This document shows, piece by piece, positions 20,529 through 32,000 of a stretch of DNA of 32,000 nucleotides. This DNA is from Mycolicibacterium smegmatis (GTDB lineage Bacteria > Actinomycetota > Actinomycetes > Mycobacteriales > Mycobacteriaceae). Below the pieces are notes generated by a model, which was not told the DNA's origin, ran no database searches, and was given only the letters and a program-made list of their open reading frames with translations. The stretch spans positions 3,150,001-3,182,000 of the forward strand of contig NZ_LN831039.1 of assembly GCF_001457595.1 (NCBI RefSeq), read 5' to 3'. Position numbers and translations under genes: made by a program. Position 1 is the stretch's first letter. Every line of letters begins with the position of its first letter.

Positions 20529-21092
20529 ATGGCATCGACTGCCGACTTCAAGAACGGACTCGTCCTCCAGATCGACGGGCAACTGTGGCAGATCGTCGAA
20601 TTTCAGCACGTCAAGCCGGGTAAGGGCCCTGCTTTCGTGCGGACGAAGCTCAAGAACGTGGTGTCCGGCAAGGTGGTCGACAAGACCTACAACGCCGGTG
20701 TTAAGGTCGAGACCGCGACCGTGGACCGCCGCGACGCCACCTACCTCTACCGTGACGGCAGCGATTTCGTGTTCATGGACTCCGAGGACTTCGAGCAGCA
20801 TCCGCTGCCCGAGTCGCTGGTCGGCCGCCTCGCCGACTTCCTGCTGGAGAGCATGCCGGTGCAGATCGCGTTCCACGACGGCACCCCGCTGTACCTGGAA
20901 CTGCCGGTGTCGGTCGAGCTCGAGGTCACCCACACCGAGCCGGGCCTGCAGGGTGACCGCTCCAGCGCGGGCACCAAGCCGGCCACCGTGGAGACCGGTG
21001 CCGAGATCCAGGTGCCACTGTTCATCAACACCGGCGACCGCCTCAAGGTCGACACCCGCGACGGCAGCTACCTGGGCCGGGTGAATGCCTGA
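20529..21092 (+). CDS. efp: Translation elongation factor P
   Basis: [57 protein letters not shown]; C-terminal [17 protein letters not shown]; AGGAG upstream. Confidence 0.97.
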   Translation: MASTADFKNGLVLQIDGQLWQIVEFQHVKPGKGPAFVRTKLKNVVSGKVVDKTYNAGVKVETATVDRRDATYLYRDGSDFVFMDSEDFEQHPLPESLVGRLADFLLESMPVQIAFHDGTPLYLELPVSVELEVTHTEPGLQGDRSSAGTKPATVETGAEIQVPLFINTGDRLKVDTRDGSYLGRVNA

Positions 21093-21567
21093 CCGTCGTG
21101 GTGACCGGGGCCGTCACCAGGCCCGCAAACGCGCCGTCGACCTGCTGTTCGAGGCAGAGGCGCGAGGCCTGACACCGGAGGCCGTGGCGGACTCGCGCGC
21201 TGCGCTGGCCGAGGACCAGGACGACGTCGCACCGCTCAACCCGTACACCGTGCTGGTGGCCCGCGGGGTCACCGAACACGCCGCCCACATCGACGACCTG
21301 ATCTCGGCGCACCTGCAGGGCTGGACGCTCGAACGTCTGCCCGCCGTGGACCGGGCGATCCTGCGCGTCGCGGTGTGGGAGTTGCTGCACGCCGAGGATG
21401 TGCCGGAACCGGTCGCGGTCGACGAGGCCGTCGAGCTCGCCAAGGAGCTCTCCACCGACGAGTCGCCGGGCTTCGTCAACGGCGTGCTCGGCCAGGTGAT
21501 GCTCGTGACGCCGCAGATCCGGGCGGCCTCGCAGGCTGTCCGGGGAACCGGTCCCGCCGAAGGCTGA
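21085..21567 (+). CDS. nusB: Transcription antitermination factor NusB
   Basis: [20 protein letters not shown]; [57 protein letters not shown]. Confidence 0.95.
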   Translation: MPDRRGDRGRHQARKRAVDLLFEAEARGLTPEAVADSRAALAEDQDDVAPLNPYTVLVARGVTEHAAHIDDLISAHLQGWTLERLPAVDRAILRVAVWELLHAEDVPEPVAVDEAVELAKELSTDESPGFVNGVLGQVMLVTPQIRAASQAVRGTGPAEG

Positions 21568-21587
21568 ATCAGCCCAGACCGGCTCAG

Positions 21588-21629
21588 ACCGTTGTGCCGC
21601 AAGGAAGCGATTGCGGCACAACGGTTTTT
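21588..21629 (+). terminator. Canonical intrinsic terminator after nusB
   Basis: Perfect 15-bp stem ACCGTTGTGCCGCAA (21588-21602) / TTGCGGCACAACGGT (21611-21625), 8-nt loop, followed by a T-run (21625-21629). Confidence 0.9.
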
Positions 21630-21775
21630 CCTGTGGTGCGCGTGATCCGCACCGTGGGCCGCGCGTCTCCCGGCCCGCCGGTTACGCCGGCGTTATTTGC
21701 CCGAACCGCGTCGACACGCGTCGAATCAGTATTGCCGATCCGCTGATTTCCTTTGCTAACGATCCCCGCGCGTCC

Positions 21776-21781
21776 TAGTCT
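21776..21781 (+). promoter_or_regulatory. Candidate -10 hexamer TAGTCT for a leaderless LuxR-family regulator mRNA
   Basis: TANNNT match ending 6 nt before GTG 21788. Confidence 0.35.
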
Positions 21782-21787
21782 CGATCC

Positions 21788-24409
21788 GTGCGACTCGCCT
21801 GGCCGCTGACCGGGAGGTATGAGGAGACGCGGCTCATCGACGCCGCGCTGACCGGTGCCGATCGGGCCGGGGTCGTGATCCGTGGGGCCGCGGGCGTCGG
21901 CAAGAGCCGCATCGCCCGCGAGGCGCTGGGCGCGATGGCGGAGGCGGGACGCGAAACCCGTTGGATCGTAGGCACATCGGTGGCCGGGGCATTGCCGCTC
22001 GGTGCGTTCGCGCGGTGGGTCGGGACCGCCGACGCCGACACCGCTGCCCTCGTCGGGCGTGTCGTCGACGCCATGACCGCCGGCTCGACGGCACAGGAGC
22101 CCGCGGTCATCGGCGTCGACGACGCCCACCACCTCGACGACCTGTCGGCGTTCGTCCTGCAGCAGATCGCCACCAGGCGCGCCGCGAAGCTGTTGCTGAC
22201 GGTGCGCGACGGCAGCACGGTGCCCGGTCCGGTCGAGAACGTGTGGGGCGGTGGGGGCTTCGAGCGGCTCGACCTGCAACCGCTCTCACGGGCCGAGTCG
22301 GCGCACCTGCTCGGTGCTGCGCTCGGCGGGCCGGTCGATCCCGATGCCGCTCAGCGGATGTGGCGCCTGACCCGGGGCAACGTGCTGTACCTGCGCAACA
22401 TCGTCGAACAGGAGGTCGCGCACGGGCGTCTGACCCGCCAGCACAACTACTGGCGCTGGACCGGGGACCCGGTCCTGCCGCCGGGCCTGGTGGAGCTGAT
22501 CGAATCCCGTATCGGCGCGCTGCCCACGGCGGTCAGCGAGGTCGTCGACATCCTGGCAGTCGCCGAACCGATGCCGCTGCGAACGCTGGCCGCCATCACC
22601 GAATCCGCCGCCGTCGACGAGGCCGAGCGGCGCGGGCTGATCACCCTGGAGACACTCGACACCGGCGTCGAGGTGCGGGCCGCGCATCCGCTGTACGCCG
22701 AGATCCGGCGCGACCGCGCGCCGGACACGCGCCTGCGCCGGTTGCGGGGCCTGGTGGCCTCCGAACTCGCACGCGGCGGCGACCGCGACGAACTGCGAGT
22801 GGTGGTGCGGCGGGCCGCGCTGACGCTCGAATCCGATCTGCCCGCCGACCCCGAACTGCTGACCCGGGCCGCACAGGGCGCGGTGGCGCTGGCCGATCTG
22901 GTGCTGGCCGAACGCCTCGCTGCGGCCGCGGTCCGTGCTGGTGGTGGTCCGGAGTCGAATTTCGTTCAGGCGCACGCCTTGTCGTGGTTGAGTCGGGGCG
23001 AGCAGGCCGACGCGGTCCTTGCCGCGCTGGACGACTCGAAACTCACCGATGCCGAGCGTGCTCGCCTGGCGTACCTGCGCGCATGCAATCGCCTGTGGGC
23101 GCTGGCCGATCCCGACGGCGCCCGGTCGCTCGCCGACGCGGCGTCGGCCGCCATCCCGGCCGATGCGCAGGGATGTCTCGACGCTTTCGACGTCGTCTAC
23201 GGCGCCGCCATGGGAGCGCCTGACGCGGCCGCGACCGCCGCTGATCGTCTGGACACCGCGGCGCTGCCCGCCGTGGTCGGCGCGGTGACCGAGTGGGCGG
23301 CGGCGGTGTCGGCCGGCGAGGCCGGCCGGCTCGAAGACGCCCTGCGCGCGGCCGCGAGCGGCTATGACATCGCCGACCACGGCTATGACGCAGGCCATGT
23401 GCGGTTCGTGATCGCCGACGCCCACATCGGCGCGTTGCTGCTCGCCGGTGACATCGCGCAGGCCGGCATGGAGGCCGAACGGCAGTATGCCCATGCCGCT
23501 GAATTGCCTGGGGCGGCACAACTGTTCGGTGCCGCCGTGGCGGGTCGCGTCGCGCTCGCGAATGGCAGGCTCGATGTGGCAGCCGAAAAGCTGGGCGCGG
23601 TGGTGGACCTGATGCGTGCTGCCAGGGACACCAATGGCTTCGCCTACCGGTTCGCGCTGCCGCGCGCGATCGCGTTCGCGATGCGGGGTGTGGCCGACGA
23701 GTCGACACTGATCGACGTCGACCAGCACCGCCATCCCGGCTGGAGGTATCTGCACTACGAGCACACCCTGGTGCACGCGTGGGTCGCGGCCGCGCAGGGG
23801 GCGGTGTCGCAGGCGGCCGAACTGGCGTCGAACGCCGCCCACGTGGCGGCGGACAACGGGCAGTGGGCGGCAGAGGTGCTGTGCCGCCAGACCGCAGCCC
23901 AGTTCGGCGACCCGTCCGGTGCGCAACGCCTCGGTGAACTCGCCGCACACGTCGACGGCCCGCGCGCGGGTGCCGCGGCGGCCTTCGCACACGCGCTGCG
24001 CCGCGAGGACGCCGACGCGCTCGTCGAGGTGTCGGCGGTGTTCGAGCGGATCGGTGACCTGGTGGCCGCAGCGGATGCCGCGGCCCACGCCTCGATGGTG
24101 CACCGCCGAAAGAACCGGCGCGGCTCGGCGCTGGGTCAGGCGCACCACGCGGAAAAGCTCGCCGACCGGTGCGGCGCAGCGACCCCGGCCGTGGTGGCCT
24201 GTCTGGAGCACCTTCCGCTGACCGACCGTGAACGCGAGATCGTCACGCTGCTCGCGGCGGGGGTGTCCAGTCGCACGGTGGCACAACGCCTGCGGCTGTC
24301 GGTGCGCACCGTCGAGGGGCACGTGTACCGCGCGATGTCGAAGACCGGCTCCGCCTCGCGCGCCGAGCTCATCGACCTCGTGAAGCGGCAGCACCGCAGA
24401 TTCGAGTAA
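21788..24409 (+). CDS. Large ATP-binding LuxR-family transcriptional regulator (LAL/MalT-like)
   Basis: Walker A RGAAGVGKSRIAREAL; VIGVDDAHHLDDLSAFVL; C-terminal HTH LTDREREIVTLLAAGVSSRTVAQRLRLSVRTVEGHVYRAMSKTGSASRAELI. Confidence 0.92.
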   Translation: MRLAWPLTGRYEETRLIDAALTGADRAGVVIRGAAGVGKSRIAREALGAMAEAGRETRWIVGTSVAGALPLGAFARWVGTADADTAALVGRVVDAMTAGSTAQEPAVIGVDDAHHLDDLSAFVLQQIATRRAAKLLLTVRDGSTVPGPVENVWGGGGFERLDLQPLSRAESAHLLGAALGGPVDPDAAQRMWRLTRGNVLYLRNIVEQEVAHGRLTRQHNYWRWTGDPVLPPGLVELIESRIGALPTAVSEVVDILAVAEPMPLRTLAAITESAAVDEAERRGLITLETLDTGVEVRAAHPLYAEIRRDRAPDTRLRRLRGLVASELARGGDRDELRVVVRRAALTLESDLPADPELLTRAAQGAVALADLVLAERLAAAAVRAGGGPESNFVQAHALSWLSRGEQADAVLAALDDSKLTDAERARLAYLRACNRLWALADPDGARSLADAASAAIPADAQGCLDAFDVVYGAAMGAPDAAATAADRLDTAALPAVVGAVTEWAAAVSAGEAGRLEDALRAAASGYDIADHGYDAGHVRFVIADAHIGALLLAGDIAQAGMEAERQYAHAAELPGAAQLFGAAVAGRVALANGRLDVAAEKLGAVVDLMRAARDTNGFAYRFALPRAIAFAMRGVADESTLIDVDQHRHPGWRYLHYEHTLVHAWVAAAQGAVSQAAELASNAAHVAADNGQWAAEVLCRQTAAQFGDPSGAQRLGELAAHVDGPRAGAAAAFAHALRREDADALVEVSAVFERIGDLVAAADAAAHASMVHRRKNRRGSALGQAHHAEKLADRCGAATPAVVACLEHLPLTDREREIVTLLAAGVSSRTVAQRLRLSVRTVEGHVYRAMSKTGSASRAELIDLVKRQHRRFE

Positions 24410-24454
24410 CCGGGTACTCGATCCGGGCGCCGGGTCCAGTCGCATCCTGATCCC

Positions 24455-24694
24455 ATGACCGAGGCCAGGGAGCAGGCATTGCGGGTTCTGCCGCTGCCGT
24501 ACTCGCTGGCGCTCCGGTTGCGTGACGCCGGGGTGGCCCCTGACGTCGTGAGCGAGTACCTCAGCATCGACGAGTCCGCGCTCGAGGGTTTCTACCGGAT
24601 CGCCGAGCAGAAACTGGCCGCCGCTCTCCCGGCGCCGGGCACCGGGCCGGTGGCATCCGATGACCGAACCGGCGGAAGGTCCGGTCAGGTTTGA
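24455..24694 (+). CDS. Small hypothetical protein (79 aa)
   Basis: MTEAREQALRVLPLPYSLALRLRDAGVAPDVVSEYLSIDESALEGFYRIAEQKLAAALP...; follows the LuxR-family gene on the same strand. Confidence 0.65.
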   Translation: MTEAREQALRVLPLPYSLALRLRDAGVAPDVVSEYLSIDESALEGFYRIAEQKLAAALPAPGTGPVASDDRTGGRSGQV

Positions 24695-24698
24695 CCGC

Positions 24699-25907
24699 TC
24701 ACCGCTTGTTCTGCGCGGCGGGATAACTGGGGAGCTGGATCGCGTCGGCCGTGGTGAACCATTTGCGTGCGGCGTACGAGCGGATCGGCCACCGCTGCAT
24801 CCACTTCATCACCTGCGTGTAGATCGTGATGTCGAGTGCGGACTTCGGCAGGTACCCGTCGATACCGGTCGGCAGGTCCTGACAGCGTTCGATGTACGGG
24901 CGCATGGTCGACTCGTACCGGGAGAGCGCCAGTCCCAGCTTCGCGTGCGCGAACATGTCGGCGGGTCCGAGTTCACCGGCCAGCACGTAGGCGCCCACGA
25001 GCGCAAGGCTGGTACCCATGCCCGACAGCGGGGACGCGCAGTAGCCGGCGTCGCCCACGAGGGTCACCGGTCCGCGCGACAGCGTCGGCATGTGAACCTG
25101 CAGAAACGCGTCGAAGTAGAAGTCGTCGGCGACGGCGGCGGCCGCCAGCAGGTCCGCGCAGTGCCAGCCCGCGCCCGCGAAATGTGTGTTCAGCAAGGCC
25201 AATTGGGTTGCGGGATCGCGCCGGTCGTAGTCGACGGGCCCGGAGCGGAACGCCAGCCCGGCTTTGCACAGCGCGGGATCGTGCGACGGTCGCATCGACG
25301 CGTTGAGTCCCGGCGCCTGGTACATCAGGTACCACCCGTCGAGACCTGCCGTGTCGGGCGCGGTGAACCACGCGTTGTACCCGCCCAGCAGCGTGACGTA
25401 CTGCTCTTCCGGGCCGAAAACCATTCTGCGCACCGAGGAGTGGGGACCGTCGGCGCCGACGATCAGGTCGGCGTCGACACGGGTGCCGTCGCTGAGCGTG
25501 GCACCCGAGGAGTCGATCTCGGTGATCCTGGTGCCGAAACGGTACTCGGCGCGGGTTCTCGTGGCGTTGTAGAGCACCTCCACCAGGTCGCCGCGCAGGA
25601 TCTCCAGCGCCGAGACCATGCCGTTGCCGTCGAACGCGTCCACCGGCATCTCGGCGCGGCGCCTGCCGTTGCCGCGGACCCACGCGATGCCGCGCTGATC
25701 CAGTGAGCGCGCACGCATCTCGTCGAGCAGTCCCATGCGGGTGACGACGTCGCGGCCCGCGCCGCGCAGATCGACGGTCTGCCCGCCCAGTCTCAGTGTG
25801 GGCGCGGTTTCGACCACCACGGCGCGGTAGCCGTATTCGGCGAGCCAGTGCGCGAGGGAGGCGCCTGCGACTCCTGCGCCGCTGATGAGCACGGTCGGCT
25901 GTCCCAT
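24699..25907 (-). CDS. FAD-dependent monooxygenase (PHBH/TetX-like fold)
   Basis: VLISGAGVAGASLAHWLAEYGYRAVVVE (GxGxxG), LIVGADGPHSSVRR, VTLVGDAGYCASPLSGMGTSLALVGAYVLAGEL. Confidence 0.92.
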   Translation of the reverse strand: MGQPTVLISGAGVAGASLAHWLAEYGYRAVVVETAPTLRLGGQTVDLRGAGRDVVTRMGLLDEMRARSLDQRGIAWVRGNGRRRAEMPVDAFDGNGMVSALEILRGDLVEVLYNATRTRAEYRFGTRITEIDSSGATLSDGTRVDADLIVGADGPHSSVRRMVFGPEEQYVTLLGGYNAWFTAPDTAGLDGWYLMYQAPGLNASMRPSHDPALCKAGLAFRSGPVDYDRRDPATQLALLNTHFAGAGWHCADLLAAAAVADDFYFDAFLQVHMPTLSRGPVTLVGDAGYCASPLSGMGTSLALVGAYVLAGELGPADMFAHAKLGLALSRYESTMRPYIERCQDLPTGIDGYLPKSALDITIYTQVMKWMQRWPIRSYAARKWFTTADAIQLPSYPAAQNKR

Positions 25908-25974
25908 GGGCCAAATCTAGGACAATTCGTCGTTCGCGTGGCAAACAATCCGAGACAGGCCGTGCGACAGGCGG

Positions 25975-27177
25975 TTACAGGTCCAGCGCCTGGTAGGTGC
26001 GGCGGACGAATTTCGGTTGTGCCGACTGCAGTTTGGCCAGCGACGTGTTGCCCGCGATGGCGGCCGCGTCGACACCGAGATCCGGGAAGTTCTGGATCAG
26101 GTAGATGAGGATCAGATCGGCCGACGGGTCGGCCTGCCACCACGTGCCGTAGGCGCCGGGCCAGCTGAACGTGCCGAGGCCACCGGGGCCGAACAACTGC
26201 CGCGACCTGGCCGGGTCGGTCACCACCGACAGGTTCAGGCCGAAACCGCGGCCCACCCAGAACGGGGCGCCCAGGAACGGGTACTGCTTCTGTTCGGGGG
26301 TGAGACGGTCGGTGCGCATGGTCCGCACCGATTCCTCGCTCAGCACGCGCACGCCGTCGACCGTGCCGCCGCCGAGCAGCATGCGCGCGAACACAAGGTA
26401 GTCGTCGACGGTGGAGAACAGGCCCGCACCGCCGGCGCAGAACGGCGGATCGGTGATCGGGGGAGGACCCATCACGTCATGGGTCAGGGTGTTCTCGGCG
26501 GTGAGCTTGTACATGGTCGCCGCGCGGCGGCGGCCCGCGGCACCGATCGAGAACCCGGTGTCGGTCATACCCAGCGGTTCGAAGACCCGCTCGGAGAGCA
26601 CCTGCGACAGCGGCTTGCCCTCGATGCGGGACAACGCGATGCCCAGCACATCGGTGGAATGGCTGTAGGTGAGCCGCTCACCCGGCTGGTGGGCCAGGGG
26701 CAGCGCGGCCACCTCGGCCAGCCACCGGTCCTGATCCTGACGCTGCGAGATCTTGCCGTAGGCCGACGCCAGCGGGCCCAGCACCGAGAACACGTACGCC
26801 ATCCCGCTGCGGTGGGTCATCAGGTCGTCGAACGTGATGGGCCGCCGTGCCGGCACCGTCTGGTCGAGCGGGCCGCGGGGCTCACGCAGCACCCGCATGT
26901 TCGACAACTCCGGCAGCCACGCGGTCACCGGGTCGGCGAGCGCGAACTTGCCCTCCTCGGCCAGGGCCATCGCGGCGGCCACGGTCACCGGCTTGGTCAT
27001 CGACGCGATGCGGAAGATCGTGTCGCGCTGCATGGGCAGCCGGGCCTCGACATCGCGGTGACCGAGTGTGTTGACCTGCAGGACCTTGCCCGCCTGCCAC
27101 ACCAGGGTGACCGCGCCGGCCAACAGGCCCGCGTCGATCGCCTCACGGATGGACGTCTGGTTGCCGTCGAGGTTCAC
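25975..27177 (-). CDS. Beta-lactamase-family serine hydrolase (class C-like/esterase)
   Basis: IFRIASMTKPVTVAAAMALAEEGKFALADPV (SxxK), LMTHRSGMAYVF, YSHSTDVLGIALSRIEG. Confidence 0.9.
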   Translation of the reverse strand: MNLDGNQTSIREAIDAGLLAGAVTLVWQAGKVLQVNTLGHRDVEARLPMQRDTIFRIASMTKPVTVAAAMALAEEGKFALADPVTAWLPELSNMRVLREPRGPLDQTVPARRPITFDDLMTHRSGMAYVFSVLGPLASAYGKISQRQDQDRWLAEVAALPLAHQPGERLTYSHSTDVLGIALSRIEGKPLSQVLSERVFEPLGMTDTGFSIGAAGRRRAATMYKLTAENTLTHDVMGPPPITDPPFCAGGAGLFSTVDDYLVFARMLLGGGTVDGVRVLSEESVRTMRTDRLTPEQKQYPFLGAPFWVGRGFGLNLSVVTDPARSRQLFGPGGLGTFSWPGAYGTWWQADPSADLILIYLIQNFPDLGVDAAAIAGNTSLAKLQSAQPKFVRRTYQALDL

Positions 27178-27191
27178 CCGGGCCAGCGTAG

Positions 27192-29499
<2,308 letters not shown>

Positions 29500-29503
<4 letters not shown>

Positions 29504-30834
29504 GGGACCACAATTCGACCGCACCGGTGCTGATCCGCGGAGTGAAGCCGTACGGCGAGGGTGACCCCGTCGACGTGCTCGTCGACGACGGCCAGATCGC
29601 CCGGATCGGCGCAGATCTGCCGGTCCCGGAGACCGCCGATGTGATCGACGCGCGCGGACAGGTCCTGCTGCCCGGATTCGTCGACCTGCACACGCACCTG
29701 CGTGAGCCCGGACGCGAATACGCCGAGGACATCGAAACCGGTTCCGCGGCAGCGGCACTGGGCGGCTACACCGCGGTGTTCGCGATGGCCAACACCGATC
29801 CGGTGGCCGACACCGTCGTGGTCACCGACCACGTGTGGCGCCGCGGACAGGAGGTCGGCCTGGTCGACGTGCACCCGGTCGGGGCGATCACCATGGGTCT
29901 CAAGGGTGCTCAGCTCACCGAGATGGGTCTGATGGCGGCGGGCGCGGGCCAGGTCAGGATGTTCTCCGACGACGGTGTGTGCGTCGAGAACCCGCTGGTG
30001 ATGCGCCGCGCGCTGGAATACGCCACGGGTCTGGGCGTGCTCATCGCCCAGCACGCCGAGGAACCCCGTCTCACCGTCGGCGCCGTCGCGCACGAAGGGC
30101 CGATTGCGGCCAGGCTCGGTCTGGCCGGGTGGCCCCGCGCCGCAGAGGAGTCGATCGTCGCGCGTGACGCGCTGCTGGCGCGTGACGCCGGTGCGCGTGT
30201 GCACATCTGCCACGCGTCCACTGCGGGTACCGTCGAGCTTCTGAAATGGGCCAAGGCACAGGGGATCTCGATCACCGCCGAGGTGACCCCGCACCACCTG
30301 CTGCTCGACGACTCGCGGCTGGAGACCTACGACGGGCGCAACCGCGTGAACCCGCCGCTGCGTGAGGCCGAGGACGCCGTGGCACTGCGCCAGGCGTTGG
30401 CCGACGGTGTCATCGACTGTGTGGCCACCGATCACGCGCCGCACGCCGAGCACGAGAAGTGCTGCGAGTTCTCGGTCGCGCGCCCGGGCATGCTGGGCCT
30501 GCAGACCGCGCTGTCGGTGGTCGTCGAGACCATGGTGCGTCCGGGGCTCTTGACCTGGCGCGGTGTGGCCAAGGTGATGAGCGAGGCCCCGGCGGCCATC
30601 GTCGGCCTGCCCGATCAGGGCCGCCCGCTGGAGGTGGGTGAGCCCGCCAACCTGACGGTCGTCGACCCCGACGCCACCTGGACCGTGGCAGGCACCGAAC
30701 TGGCCAGCCGGTCGGACAACACGCCGTTCGAGACCATGACGCTGCCCGCGACCGTGACCGCGACCCTGCTGCGCGGCCGGGTCACCGCGCGTGACGGCAA
30801 GTCCGCTCCGGCAGGTGGGGGCTCGGTACGGTGA
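29500..30834 (+). CDS. pyrC: Dihydroorotase
   Basis: [45 protein letters not shown]; [10 protein letters not shown]-type [13 protein letters not shown]; [14 protein letters not shown]. Confidence 0.96.
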
Positions 30835-31331
30835 ACACACCGACGCTCATCGCCTCGCTGGTGATGGCGGCACTGCTCGTGGTGCTGATCGCGTTCCTCA
30901 TCCGACAGATGTTGCGTGGCTGGGTGCACCGCGCGCAGCGTCAGGTCGAGCTGATCGGGAGGCTGCCCGCGCTGCCCGACTCGGTGGGGCCCGCGATCGT
31001 GGCGCCCACCAAGGGGCTCTATGTCGGCACGACGCTGGTGCCGCACTGGAACGACAAGGTCGCCGTGGGCGATCTGGGGTTTCGCGCCAAGGCCGTTTTG
31101 ACGCGCTTCCCCGAGGGAATCATGGTGCAGCGCACCGGTGCCGGGCCGATCTGGATCCCCGACGAGTCGATCGTCGTGATCCGGACCGAGCGCGCCATCG
31201 CGGGCAAGGCACTGACACACGACGGCATTCTCGTCATCCGCTGGCGGCTGCCGTCGGGTGTCGAGATCGACACAGGGTTCCGCGCTGACGTTCGCGCGGA
31301 ACTGAACCGCTGGCTGGAGGAAAACGCATGA
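30831..31331 (+). CDS. Conserved single-pass membrane protein, Rv1382-like, within the pyr operon
   Basis: GTG 30831 overlaps the pyrC stop; [33 protein letters not shown] helix followed by a soluble beta-rich region; same position as in the M. tuberculosis pyr operon (synteny from memory). Confidence 0.82.
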   Translation: MNTPTLIASLVMAALLVVLIAFLIRQMLRGWVHRAQRQVELIGRLPALPDSVGPAIVAPTKGLYVGTTLVPHWNDKVAVGDLGFRAKAVLTRFPEGIMVQRTGAGPIWIPDESIVVIRTERAIAGKALTHDGILVIRWRLPSGVEIDTGFRADVRAELNRWLEENA

Positions 31332-32000
31332 CGCGCAATGGAAAGCGGGGCGGCGAGAAGGCCGTCCTGGTGCTTGAGGACGGTCGCGTCTTCACCGGGG
31401 TCTCGTTCGGGGCGGTCGGGCAGACGCTCGGCGAGGCGGTGTTCTCCACCGGCATGTCGGGTTACCAGGAGACGCTCACCGACCCCAGCTACTACGGGCA
31501 GATCGTGGTGGCCACCGCGCCGCAGATCGGCAACACCGGCTGGAACGACGAGGACGCCGAGAGCCGCGGCGACAAGATCTGGGTCGCGGGCTACGCGGTG
31601 CGTGACCCGTCGCCGCGCGCGTCGAACTGGCGCGCCACGCGCACCCTCGACGACGAACTGGTCGCCCAGGGCATCGTCGGCATCGCGGGCATCGACACCC
31701 GCGCGGTCGTGCGCCACCTGCGCACGCGTGGGTCGATGAAGGCCGGCGTGTTCTCAGGCGACGCCCTCGCCGACGACGACGTGCTGCTCGACCGTGTGCG
31801 CAACCAGCCGTCGATGCTGGGCGCGGACCTGGCGGGCAAAGTCACCACCGGTGAGACCTACGTCGTCGACCCCGAAGGCGAGCACCGGTTCACGGTCGCG
31901 GCCGTGGATCTGGGCATCAAGACCAACACGCCGCGCAACTTCGCACGCCGAGGTGTGCGCACGCACGTCCTGCCCGCCGCGGCGACGTTCGACCAGATCG
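31328..32000 (+). CDS. carA: Carbamoyl-phosphate synthase small subunit (3' end outside window)
   Basis: [71 protein letters not shown]..; [12 protein letters not shown]; [11 protein letters not shown]. Confidence 0.96.
   Translation, partial: MTRNGKRGGEKAVLVLEDGRVFTGVSFGAVGQTLGEAVFSTGMSGYQETLTDPSYYGQIVVATAPQIGNTGWNDEDAESRGDKIWVAGYAVRDPSPRASNWRATRTLDDELVAQGIVGIAGIDTRAVVRHLRTRGSMKAGVFSGDALADDDVLLDRVRNQPSMLGADLAGKVTTGETYVVDPEGEHRFTVAAVDLGIKTNTPRNFARRGVRTHVLPAAATFDQI

Noticed and set aside
22286-24445. 719-aa minus-strand ORF opposite the LuxR-family gene
   Set aside because: Antisense to a protein with clear Walker A and HTH motifs; no domain resemblance.
24660-25706. 348-aa plus-strand ORF opposite the FAD monooxygenase gene
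   Set aside because: Antisense to a well-supported minus-strand CDS (24699-25907), with low-complexity composition.

Overview
The window reads as ordinary, very high-GC actinobacterial chromosome. Gene order and protein sequences look like Mycolicibacterium smegmatis or a close relative (inference from remembered synteny, no search run). I found no phage, IS element, CRISPR array, tRNA or rRNA. Main blocks: (1) nt 2-5658, a tightly coupled cluster of DUF2126-type transglutaminase-family protein (3' part), circularly permuted ATP-grasp fused to alpha-E, transglutaminase, and zinc-ribbon/HExxH metallopeptidase; (2) DUF3097 gene and rarA; (3) GlsB-like membrane protein, a duplicated ABM-like protein, and yjbQ; (4) alaS-ruvX-mltG-aroE-prepilin peptidase-aroC-aroK-aroB; (5) a four-helix membrane protein, pepQ-efp-nusB; (6) a large ATP-binding LuxR regulator, a small ORF, FAD monooxygenase, serine hydrolase and methyltransferase; (7) pyrR-pyrB-pyrC, a small membrane protein, and carA (5' part). 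The best leads are the poorly characterised ATP-grasp/alpha-E/transglutaminase cluster, a TOPRIM-like pattern in the DUF3097 protein beside rarA, a perfect 20-bp inverted repeat at 5678-5732, the long AroK C-terminal tail, a stop-start-coupled 30-aa ORF before alaS, and a PyrR-binding hairpin in the pyrR leader. Nothing here is convincing as a wholly new system. The first cluster and the DUF3097 protein come closest.
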